A stretch of DNA of 64,000 bases, from positions 25,441 through 89,440 of the forward strand of contig CAWIKP010000012.1 in NCBI GenBank assembly GCA_963836735.1. The letters run 5' to 3'. The notes beneath the pieces are model-generated. The model was given only the letters and a program-made list of their open reading frames with translations. It was not told the DNA's origin and ran no database searches. This stretch comes from an uncultured Acidobacteriota bacterium (lineage in GTDB: Bacteria > Acidobacteriota > Vicinamibacteria > Vicinamibacterales > 2-12-FULL-66-21). Shown here one piece after another: positions 31,014 to 40,163 of this stretch. Position numbers and translations under genes: made by a program. Position 1 is the first letter of the stretch. The number at the start of each line of letters is the position of its first letter.

Positions 31014-32042
31014 ATGGCTGTCTCCATCGTCGATCGCTTCGGGCGGCCGCTCCGCAGTCTCCGGGTCTCGGTGACCGACCGCTGCAACCTGCGGTGTCAC
31101 TACTGCATGCCGGAGACCGACTACGCGTGGCTGCCCCGCGAAACCCTGCTCTCGTTCGAAGAGATCACCAGTATCGCCGGCGCGTTCGTGGCGGTCGGCG
31201 CCGACCGCGTTCGCATCACGGGAGGCGAGCCGCTGCTTCGCCGCGATCTGCCCGTTCTCATCTCCCAGCTGGCCTCGCTGGCAGGCGTGCAGGACCTGGC
31301 GCTCACCACCAATGGGGTCCTCCTGGCCGACAAGGCTGCCGCGCTGCGCGACGCCGGCCTGCACCGGATCACCGTCAGCCTCGACACGCTCCATCGCCGC
31401 CGCTTCGAACGGCTGACGCGGTTCGACGAGCATGCGGCCGTCCTCGCCGGGATCGGCGCGGCGAACCGGGCCGGCTTTGCCGCGCTGAAGATCGACACCG
31501 TCGTGATGCGGGGCACGAATGACGACGAGCTGATCGATCTGCTCGAATACGGGCGAAGCGTCGGCGCCGAAGTGCGGTTCATCGAGTACATGGACGTCGG
31601 CGGAGCCACGCGCTGGAGCCGCGACGCGGTGGTCTCGCAGGACGAGATGCTACGGACGATCGAGGCGCATTACGGCCCCGTGTCCGCGCTCGCCGGCCGG
31701 GGCTCGGCGCCAGCCGACCGCTTCGCCCTGCCCGACGGGACCACGTTCGGCATCATCGCGTCGACCACACGCCCGTTCTGCCAGGACTGCGACCGCAGCC
31801 GCCTGACCGCCGATGGCGTCTGGCTGATGTGCCTCTACGCGACCGCCGGCACGGATTTACGGCGGCCGCTGCGCGCCGGTGCCAGCCGCGAAGACCTCGT
31901 CCGCCTGATTCAAACGGTCTGGTCGCAACGAGCGGACCGCGGCGCCGAGGAGCGGCTCCTCCTCGGCTCTCGCACACCGCTGATTCCCCTGGCGGCGTTG
32001 AAGAAAGACGCGCATCTGGAGATGCATACCCGGGGGGGATAA
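31014..32042 (+). CDS. moaA: GTP 3',8-cyclase MoaA (radical SAM)
   Basis: Intact 342-aa ORF with the radical-SAM cluster motif (CNLRCHYCMPE) and the C-terminal auxiliary cluster cysteines (CQDCDRSRLTADG...C). Confidence 0.92.
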   Translation: MAVSIVDRFGRPLRSLRVSVTDRCNLRCHYCMPETDYAWLPRETLLSFEEITSIAGAFVAVGADRVRITGGEPLLRRDLPVLISQLASLAGVQDLALTTNGVLLADKAAALRDAGLHRITVSLDTLHRRRFERLTRFDEHAAVLAGIGAANRAGFAALKIDTVVMRGTNDDELIDLLEYGRSVGAEVRFIEYMDVGGATRWSRDAVVSQDEMLRTIEAHYGPVSALAGRGSAPADRFALPDGTTFGIIASTTRPFCQDCDRSRLTADGVWLMCLYATAGTDLRRPLRAGASREDLVRLIQTVWSQRADRGAEERLLLGSRTPLIPLAALKKDAHLEMHTRGG

Positions 32043-32063
32043 GGGTCAGAGAGATCAGAAGCG

Positions 32064-33485
32064 ATGTACCGTCATTTGACCGCCGCCCTCCTCGCGCTCC
32101 TCCTCGTCCCCGAGGCCGCGTTCGCACAGCGCTCTGCGGCAACGGTCGCCACGCTCACTGATCTCTCACGGTCGCTCGAAGACCTCTCCCAGAAGGTCAG
32201 CGCCAGCGTGGTGCAGATTTTCGTCACCGGCTACGCGGCGCCCGAAGAAGACGATCCGCACGCGGCCGCGCAGCCGACCCTCGAGCGGAGCAGCGGCTCG
32301 GGCGTGATCGTGGATGCCGATGGCTACATCATCACCAACGCGCACGTCGTCGAGAACGCCACGCGAATGGAGGTGGAACTGCCCTTGGGGGCGGTCGGCG
32401 GCGATCCCGGGCGATCGATCTTGAGGCGGCGCGGGCGCACCGTCGGCGCCCAGATCGTCGCGATCGATCGGGAAACCGACATCGCGGTGGTCAAGATCGA
32501 GGCGAAAGCGCTGCCGGTTCTGACGTTCGGCGACTCGGATACGCTGCGTCCCGGTCAGCTGGTGCTGTCCTTCGGAAGTCCGCTCGGACTGGACGCCTCG
32601 GTCACGCTCGGGATCGTCAGCGCCGTCGCGCGCCAGCTCACGCCAGAAGACCCGATGATCTACATCCAGACCGACGCCCCCATCAATCCCGGGAACAGCG
32701 GCGGCGCGCTGGTCGATACCGAAGGCCGGCTGGTGGGCATCAGCACCCTCATCTATTCGCAGTCGGGCGGAAACGAAGGGATCGGGTTCGCCGCGCCGAG
32801 CAACATCGTCCGCAACATCTTCGAGCAGATTCGGAAGACCGGCCGGGTGCGCCGGGGCGAGATCGGGATCTCGACGCAGACCATCACCACGACGCTGGCC
32901 GAGGCGCTGAAGATCACCGCGGATGCCGGCGTCATCGTGGCGGACGTCGAAGAAGACGGACCGGCGGCGCGCGCCGGCTTGCAGCCTGGAGACGTGATCC
33001 TGTCGCTCGACGGCAAACGCATGGAAAACGGCCGGCAGTTCCGAATCAACATCTACACGCGCGCGATTGGCCAGCAGGTCTCGCTCGATGTGCAGCGCGG
33101 CGACCGGCGGCTGACGGTGCGGATTCCGGTGTTCGAGCGCCAGAGCACAACCACCCGGTTGAGCGATCTGATCACTCCGCAGAACAGCATCCGCGGGCTC
33201 GGAGTGACGGCCATCGACCTGACCCCGCAGATCAAGCAGGCGCTGCCGGATCTGCGGCGGAGCCGCGGAGTGGTCGTCGCGAATGTCTCGGGCGAGGCCC
33301 CCTACTCGCAGCAGGGTCAGCTCCAGGCGGGTGACGTCATCTACGAGTTGAACGCCCAACCGATTGAATCGGTGGCAGCGCTGAAAGCGGCCGTCGAGCA
33401 GCTCAAGCCGCGCGATGCGGCGGTCCTCCAGATCGAGCGGGAGGGCAGCCTGCTGTACATCGCCTTCCGTATCGAATCCCGCTGA
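32064..33485 (+). CDS. Do/HtrA-family periplasmic serine endopeptidase with two PDZ domains
   Basis: Intact 473-aa ORF with a signal peptide. The catalytic triad context is ITNAHVV, DIAVVKI and GNSGGAL. Two PDZ-like segments follow. Confidence 0.9.
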   Translation: MYRHLTAALLALLLVPEAAFAQRSAATVATLTDLSRSLEDLSQKVSASVVQIFVTGYAAPEEDDPHAAAQPTLERSSGSGVIVDADGYIITNAHVVENATRMEVELPLGAVGGDPGRSILRRRGRTVGAQIVAIDRETDIAVVKIEAKALPVLTFGDSDTLRPGQLVLSFGSPLGLDASVTLGIVSAVARQLTPEDPMIYIQTDAPINPGNSGGALVDTEGRLVGISTLIYSQSGGNEGIGFAAPSNIVRNIFEQIRKTGRVRRGEIGISTQTITTTLAEALKITADAGVIVADVEEDGPAARAGLQPGDVILSLDGKRMENGRQFRINIYTRAIGQQVSLDVQRGDRRLTVRIPVFERQSTTTRLSDLITPQNSIRGLGVTAIDLTPQIKQALPDLRRSRGVVVANVSGEAPYSQQGQLQAGDVIYELNAQPIESVAALKAAVEQLKPRDAAVLQIEREGSLLYIAFRIESR

Positions 33486-33772
33486 CGCGGTCAGACCGGG
33501 GTCTGCCCCCGCTCGCGACGTGTCTCATCCTGCGCCAGGCGTGCCCCGTTTCGCGACTTCAGGCGCTAAGTCCACCTCCCGCCGCCTGATAGCAGAATCC
33601 AGAGCAGTCAATCCTGCGCACACGCTGTGCCGAAGTAGCGCACAACGCCGGACCGCTCGAAAACGCACGGCAGACCCTAACCAATATTCCATCAGCAAGT
33701 TACAACAAACTCTGCCGTGAGGGCGCGGAAGTTGCTCTTGCTGCTGACCTCGGTCGTCTATCCAGAGGCTCA

Positions 33773-35500
33773 ATGCTGCGCTTCCGCTTCCGCGTCTCTC
33801 TTGCCGTCGTCGTCGCCGCGCTGTTGTCGTGGCCTCTGTCCACGCATGGGCAGCGGCTGCCGTCCGTGTCGCCGGACCTCCACAACCTGCGCTCGGACCG
33901 CGTGCGCGTCATCGTTCAGGCCGATGCGCCAGGGCTGAAATCGGTGCGTGGACGACTGCTGCGCGCGCTTCGACGGGAGCTCGACGGCGCCGCCGCACTG
34001 GACCTGACCCGTGCCGAATACGAGGCCCTCAAGCGGGATTCGTCGGTCCTCCACATCTCGAAGGACCTCCCGGTCGTCGCGGACATGGCGATCACGAACA
34101 AGGTCACGCGGGCCGAAACCGTGTGGCAGGGCACGAGCGGCCTGCTCGGTCTCGGATCGGGCCCCGGCTACCAGGGCGCCGGCATCGGCGTGGCGGTGAT
34201 CGACTCGGGAATCTCGCCTCACAGCGCGATCGGGTCGCGCGTTGTCGCGCGGGTGAATCTCGTCTCCAATGAGGCGAACGTCAGCGGCGATCCATTCGGG
34301 CACGGAACCCATGTCGCCGGGATGATCGGCGGCGCCGGATCCGCGGCCGCGCGTGTGACGGCCGCTTACACAGGCGGCAGCGCTCCAGCCGTTCGATTCA
34401 TCGACATCCGCGTGCTCGGCCGCACCGGCATCGGTTACACGAGCGACGTGCTCGCCGGCATCGACTGGGCGGTTGCCAATCGCACGAAGTACGGCATCCG
34501 CATCATCAACCTCTCGCTCGGCCATCCGGTTGCCGAGCCCGCGGCGACCGATCCGCTGTGCGTCGCGGTCGAGCGCGCGGTCAAGGCCGGCATCGTCGTC
34601 GTCACCTCCGCAGGCAACTATGGCGTGACGCCAACTGGCGCCCCGGTTCTCGGCGGGATTACTTCCCCCGGAAATTCGCCTGCCGCGATCACCGTGGGCG
34701 CCGTCGACACCAAGGGCACCGCCGATCAGTCCGACGACGTGGTGGCGCCCTACAGCTCGAAGGGCCCGACCCGCTTCGACTTCAGCGTCAAGCCTGACGT
34801 CGTCGCGCCGGGCACGCGCATCGTTTCGCTCGAGGCGAACGGGTCCTACATCGCCACGACCTATCCGCAGTACCACGTCGCCGGCACCGGCAATAACGCG
34901 CTACCTCCGCCTGAGCGGCACGAGCATGGCGACCGGCGTCGTCAGCGGCGGCGTGGCGCTGCTGCTGAATGCGGAGCCCTCGCTGTCCCCGGCGCAGGTG
35001 AAAGTCGCACTGCAGACCGGCGCGCGCTTCATTCCGTCGGCGGGTCTGATCGCCGCCGGCACCGGCAGCGTCGACTTCGCGCAGAGCGCTCAAGATCGCC
35101 GATCAGGGTCTGATCACCGGACTGCTGTCCACCCTGCAGAACATTCTCGGGCTGTCGAGCGGTGCGTCGTTCTTCGACCGGGGCACGCTGATCGACCGTG
35201 TCTACGACCGCACCGGCATCCGGCTGCTCGGCCTGCTCGATCTCAGCGTACTGCTCGGCGGTGCCGATTCGGCGGAGTCGGGCGTGCTCAGCCTGCTCGG
35301 TCAGTCGAACCCGATCGGCTACACGCCGGCGAACTACGTTGTCTGGGGCACCGCTGCGAACTGGACTTCCAGCTACTACGTGGTCTGGGGCACGTCGATG
35401 CGGGATCCGTCGGGCCAGTACCGTTGTCTGGGGCACGGCCACCGACGAGGACTATGTCGTGTGGGGCACGCACATCGATCCCTCGGACGACAGACGGTGA
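33773..35500 (+). pseudogene. Exported S8 (subtilisin-family) peptidase with C-terminal YVVWGT repeats; three +1 frame breaks (~34898-34903, ~35088-35096, ~35418-35424)
   Basis: It has a signal peptide and catalytic Asp (VAVIDSGI) and His (HGTHVAG). The catalytic Ser motif YLRLSGTSMATGVVSG is split by the first shift. The tail reads ANYVVWGTAANWTSSYYVVWGTSMRDPSGQY/VVWGTATDEDYVVWGTHIDPSDDRR*. The stop (35498-35500) overlaps the next ATG (TGATG). Confidence 0.85.
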
Positions 35501-37486
35501 TGTCCGAGCCGGCGGCAGATCCCTCGCGTCCTGTGGCGCTGCGCGCCTACACCGGAGCGGTATCTGCCGCTGGCTTGTGCCTCTTCACGTATTGCGTCAC
35601 CCGCATCGCCGGTGAGGGACTGCCGGTCGGAGTGGTGGCTCTTCGCCGCGCTGACCTTCATCAGCGGCCGGATCACCCTGGTGATGCCCGGCCTCGAGGC
35701 GCGGTTCACGGTTTCCGAGGTCTTCGCGTTCACGGCAGTTCTTCTCTTCGGCCCGGAGGCAGGCGCGGTCACGCTGGCACTGGACAGTCTGGTGCTGGCG
35801 TGGCATCGCCGGATGCAGCTGAACAAGGCCGCATTCAATTTCGGGAACCTGACACTGGCGGTCTGGGTCTCGGGCACGCTGTTCTTCCGGGTGTCGGGTA
35901 TCGATCGTCTGCTCGGCGGCGGTGGACCAGCGGCGGAACTGCTCGTTCCGCTGGCCCTGCTGGGTACGACCTATTTTGTCGTCAACACCGGCCTGCTCGC
36001 AGTCGCCATCGGGATCGACACGGCGGCCAGCCCGCTCCTGTTGTGGCGGCGGCACTTCCTCGCGCTCGCGCCCGGCTACGCCGCCAGTGCCTCGCTCGCG
36101 CTGCTGCTGGTACTGGCGCTGCAAACGGTGCATCTCGTCGGCGTTCGCGCTGCTGGCGCCGCTGCTGCTGGTCTTCTACTACACGTACCGGTCCTCGTTC
36201 GGACGGGTCGAGGACGCGAAGGGCCACCTCGACAAGCTCAACACGCTGTATCTGTCCACGGTGGAGACGCTCGCCACCGCAATCGACGCCAAGGACGAAG
36301 TCACCCACGGGCACATCCGGCGCGTCCAGCTCGCCGCGATGGGCCTGGCACGCGAGCTCGGGGTCAAGGACGACGGAAACGCTGAAAGCGATCGAGGCCG
36401 CGGCGCTGCTCCACGACACCGGGAAGATCGCGATCCCCGAGCACATCCTCAACAAGCCGGGCAAGTTGACGGCGGCCGAGTACGACAAGATGAAGCTCCA
36501 CGCCCCGATCGGCGCGGAGATTCTCTCGGCGATCGACTTTCCCTACCCGGTCGTTCCGATCGTCCGGCATCACCACGAGAACTGGGACGGTACCGGCTAT
36601 CCGGATCGAATCGCCGGCACCGACATCCCGATCGGCGCTCGCATCCTTTCGGTCGTCGACTGCTTCGACGCGCTCACGTCCGATCGTCCGTACCGGAAGC
36701 GAATGAGGGACGAGGAGGCGCTGGCAATCCTGCGGGAGCGGCGGGGGACGATGTACGACCCGCTGGTGGTGGACGTGTTCTCGGCCAACTACAAACGGAT
36801 CATGCCGGCCGACGAGGCCGCGGCGCATCCCGCCACGAAGGCCGTCGGCGGCGCGCGGCAGGCCGCACCGGCTTCCGCGACCGAGTCACAGGAGATCGAC
36901 GGCGCATCGACCGCCGAGAGCGGCGCGATCAACGAGGTGCTGACGATCAGCAGCCTGGCGCGCGCGGTCTCGGGCAACGCCTCGCTGACCGACGTCGGCG
37001 CGCTCGCGTGGATGACGCTCAGAAACGTGGTTCCCGCCACGGCGATGGCCCTGTTCGTCGAAGACGAGCGCCAGGATCTGATGACGGTTGCCTACGCGGC
37101 CGGCGCGCACACCGCCGATGTTGCGGCAGCTGAAGAAAGCCCGCGGTGGCGGCATCGCCGGCTGGGTCGCGGTCAATCGGCGCGGAGTGCTCAACTCGGA
37201 GGCCGCGCTCGATCTGGGACTGTCCGCGCCGTCGCTCGATCCGCCGTTGCAAAGCTCGCTGACCGTTCCGCTGTCGCATGACGGCCGCGTGGTCGGCGTC
37301 CTATCGTGCTATTCATCGATCGCCCGGGGATTCACGGAGGACCATCAGCGTCTTCTCGAGCTCGTGGCAGCCAGCCTGGGGAGTGCCATTGCGGCGGTCG
37401 CAAACACGGAAGACGCCGCGCCGGCGCTTGCCGCCAACGGTTCGCGGCGGGTCCCGAGCTCCACGGTGCTGTCGATCGTCCGCTGA
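35500..37486 (+). pseudogene. Membrane-anchored HD-GYP phosphodiesterase with a C-terminal GAF-like domain; four +1 frame breaks (~35600-35615, ~36125-36140, ~36370-36385, ~37105-37120)
   Basis: The gene is read as four successive segments. First, the start MSEPAADPSRP... Second, a multi-TM block (EWWLFAALTFISGRITLVMPG...LLLVLALQTVHL). Third, ...AFALLAPLLLVFYYTYRSSFGRVEDAKGHLDKLNTLYLSTVETLATAIDAKDEVTHGHIRRV. Fourth, the HD-GYP core (AALLHDTGKIAIPE...HHENWDGTGYP) followed by GIAGWVAVNRRGVLNSEAALD...SLTVPLSHDGRVVGVLSCY (GAF-like). Confidence 0.85.
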
Positions 37487-37490
37487 GACA

Positions 37491-37519
37491 GATCGGGGCG
37501 GGTCTTCAGACCGCCGATC
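37491..37519. repeat. REP-like hairpin (GGGTCTTCAGACC core) filling the convergent HD-GYP/galK gap
   Basis: The sequence is gatcggggcgggtc-ttca-gaccgccgatc. It spans the whole 31-nt gap and overlaps the galK stop (37518-37520). It is related to the hairpins at 48010-48115 and 53019-53038. Confidence 0.7.
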
Positions 37520-38695
37520 ACACCAACCGAACCCCTTCCGCCGGCCGGCTGACGATCACTCGAGGCTGCAACCCTGTCGCAGCCTGGTAGCGATCCGCGA
37601 TCGATTTGGAAAATGGCGCGACCGCCGGCAGATCGACCAGCGCGACGATGCAGCCGCCGAATCCCGCGCCGGTCAGGCGCGCGCCATGGCATCCGGGTTC
37701 GGCCATCGCCAGCGTCACCAGCAGATCGAGCTCGGCCGACGACACTTCGTAGAGATCGCGCAAGCTCGCGTGCGAGTCGAGCATGAGGCGGCCTGCCGCG
37801 GCGAGATCGTGGTCCCGAAGCGCGGCGGCGAGCCTCCGCGGCCGCGCGTTCTCTGTAATCACATGAGACGCGCGCCGAAACGCGATGTCGTCCATCCGGC
37901 TCCGGGCCAGGCTCAGAAGCGCAGCATCGACGTCACGGAGCGCGCGGACCGATGGCTCGACCTCCCGAATCGCGGCGACGGCGCGCTCGCAGGCCGCGCG
38001 GCGGTCGTTGTAGGCACTCGCCGCAAGCGTTCGTGAAACACCGCTGTAGACGATGACCACGCCAGCGTTCTCCGGCAGTGGGACGTCTTCAGTCGTCAGC
38101 GAGCGGCAATCGAGAAGCAGCGCCTGCCCCGGCCGGCCGCACGCGACCGCCATCTGATCCATGATCCCGCAGGCAACGCCAATGAACTCGTGCTCGGCCC
38201 GCTGTGCGATCTGCGCGGCCTGACGGGGATTCCAGGCCTCGCCGCTGGTTGCCGCGAGCACCCGGGCGATCGAGAGCTCGACGGCAGCCGACGAGGAGAG
38301 CCCGGCATCGGATGGGAGCGTCGATGCGAGGGCGATGTTCGTGCCTGTGACGCGCAGCCCGGCAGCCGCCATCGTTCGCGCGATCCCCACGCCGTAGCGG
38401 AACCATCCCGCCGGTTCCACCGGCGCTCGTGCCGCCTTCGAGCGCCATCTCGCGCGTCTCACCGAACTCGCGGGCATGAATCCGGAGGATCTGTTCGTCG
38501 TTTGGCGCCATAGGCGGCGGCAATGCCGTCTTCAATCGCCATCGGCAGAACGAAGCCGTCGTTGTAGTCGGTGTGCTCCCCGATCAGGTTGACCCGCCCG
38601 GGGGCGAACGCCACCCCCGTCGGTGGCGCGCCGAACTGGCGCCGGAACTCCTCGCGGGCCGCTGCGGGAGCGTCAGTGGGGCTCGGCGGAATCAT
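37518..38695 (-). pseudogene. galK: Galactokinase; two +1 frame breaks (~38500-38510, ~38415-38430)
   Basis: The N-terminal signature [22 protein letters not shown] is in ORF 38459..38695. The next segment is [25 protein letters not shown]. The rest follows in ORF 37518..38477: PVEPAGWFRYGVGIAR...LPSDAGLSSSAAVE (GHMP P-loop)...GARLTGAGFGGC. Confidence 0.9.
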
Positions 38696-38730
38696 TGGAT
38701 CGGTGATGGTAGTGCATGGAGGGTTCTCTG

Positions 38731-38874
38731 TCGGGGCTCGGGGCTCGGGGCTCGGGGTTCGGGGCTCGGAAAGCCGGTGGTACCAGAGGCAACGAGGCGC
38801 TTGGATCTGCCCCCGTTGCCTCTGAAGATCACCGGCTCTCCGCGCCCCGAGTCCCGAGGCCCGAGCCCCGCCCC
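38731..38874. repeat. Tandem-repeat-armed palindrome (unit GGGGCTC) with a conserved 62-nt hairpin core, in the divergent galK gap
   Basis: Left arm 38731-38769 has five GGGG runs. Core 38774-38835 is ccggtggtaccagaggcaacg-[19-nt loop aggcgcTTGGATCtgcccc]-cgttgcctctgaagatcaccgg. Right arm 38841-38874 is the C-rich complement. The core is ~85% identical to 61377-61437. Confidence 0.9.
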
Positions 38875-38950
38875 CTCCGAGATATGATCCGTCCGACTCT
38901 TGTCACCCGGGAGGCAGACAAACATCGCGCGGACGCCGGTTTTTTCGGGC

Positions 38951-39271
38951 ATGACTCTGGCAGCTAGACAAGCGATGCGGCCGACGCCGAGGCTGATCCT
39001 GATCGTCTTCCTGCTCACGCAGATCTTCGACGGGATCCTCACGTACACCGCGGTCGCCTGGCTCGGCGTCGTGGGCGAGGGGAATCTGCTGCTTGCCACC
39101 GCCATGCACCTGGCCGGTGCGGGGCCGGCACTGCTCTGCGCCAAGGGCCTGGCTGCCGCGTGCGGCGTCCTGCTCTACATCCGCGGGCTTCACGGCGTGC
39201 TCGGCGTCCTGACCGGCTTGTACATCCTTGCCGCGATCGCGCCGTGGCTGATGATCTTCCACAGTCTCTGA
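38951..39271 (+). CDS. Small integral membrane protein (3-4 TM; resembles the DUF5658 pattern D..LT...G..E.N)
   Basis: The ORF 38900..39271 opens with TTG; ATG codons at 38951 and 38975 are more likely starts. It has hydrophobic helices and the motif LTQIFDGILTYTAVAWLGVVGEGNLLL. The family assignment is from memory and is tentative. Confidence 0.45.
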   Translation: MTLAARQAMRPTPRLILIVFLLTQIFDGILTYTAVAWLGVVGEGNLLLATAMHLAGAGPALLCAKGLAAACGVLLYIRGLHGVLGVLTGLYILAAIAPWLMIFHSL

Positions 39272-39309
39272 CTTCATTCGCCGGTTGTCCGGCGTTCGAA
39301 TTGATAACT

Positions 39310-40158
39310 ATGGCACTGACGATTGTCGTGATGGCTGCGGGTGTGGGCTCGAGGTTTGGCGGCCCCAAACAGCTCGAGCCCGTAGGGCCCGCCGATGAAA
39401 CGTTGATTGACTACCTGCTCGTCGATGCGCGCCGCGCCGGCTTCGATCGGGCGGTGCTCGTGATCCGCGACGAGCTCACCGCGCGGATCGAGGCGGTCGC
39501 CGAGCGGCATCGCGGCGATCTCGAGGTGGTGCTCGCCTACCAGCAACTCGGTCCGGAGATCCCGCGCGGGACGGTGCCGGCGGTGCTCGCGGCCAGCGAG
39601 CACATCGACGGCCCGTTCGTCGCGCTCAACGCCGACGATTTCTACGGCACGACGGCCTATCAGCGGGCCGCGGATTTCCTTCGCAAGGGCGGCGTGCCGA
39701 CGAATACGCACGCCTTCGTCTCGTTCCCGCTGCGTGCAACGCTGTCTCCGAACGGCGCGGTCGTGCGCGGCGTCTGCGAGACCCAGGGCGATCTGCTGGT
39801 GCGGGTCGACGAAATCCGCGGCATCGAGCCCGAGGGTCAGGGCGCCCGCGCCGGCGACCGGCGCTTCACCGGCGATGAGCGGGTGTCGATGAACTTCTGG
39901 GCGTTTCAGAAGAGCATGCTCGACGAGCTGCAGCGCGAGTTCGCCGAGTTCAGCCGGGACCACAACTCGTCCCACGAGTTGCTGCTGCCGGTGACCGTCG
40001 ACCGGCTCGTCACGCAGGGGCGGGTGCAGGTGCGCGTACTGAGCGCGCCCGGGCCATGGCTGGGTCTGACGCACGCCAGCGATCTGCCCGGCGCGCGTCA
40101 GGCGCTCGCCGAGGCGGCTCAGCGCGGCGACTATCCGACGCCGGCCTGGGGGAACTGA
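39310..40158 (+). CDS. Sugar-phosphate nucleotidyltransferase (NTP_transferase fold)
   Basis: From ATG 39310: MALTIVVMAAGVGSRFGGPKQLEPVG, the G-x-G-S/T-R pyrophosphorylase loop. The protein is 282 aa. It is transcribed divergently from galK. Confidence 0.75.
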   Translation: MALTIVVMAAGVGSRFGGPKQLEPVGPADETLIDYLLVDARRAGFDRAVLVIRDELTARIEAVAERHRGDLEVVLAYQQLGPEIPRGTVPAVLAASEHIDGPFVALNADDFYGTTAYQRAADFLRKGGVPTNTHAFVSFPLRATLSPNGAVVRGVCETQGDLLVRVDEIRGIEPEGQGARAGDRRFTGDERVSMNFWAFQKSMLDELQREFAEFSRDHNSSHELLLPVTVDRLVTQGRVQVRVLSAPGPWLGLTHASDLPGARQALAEAAQRGDYPTPAWGN

Positions 40159-40163
40159 ACGGC

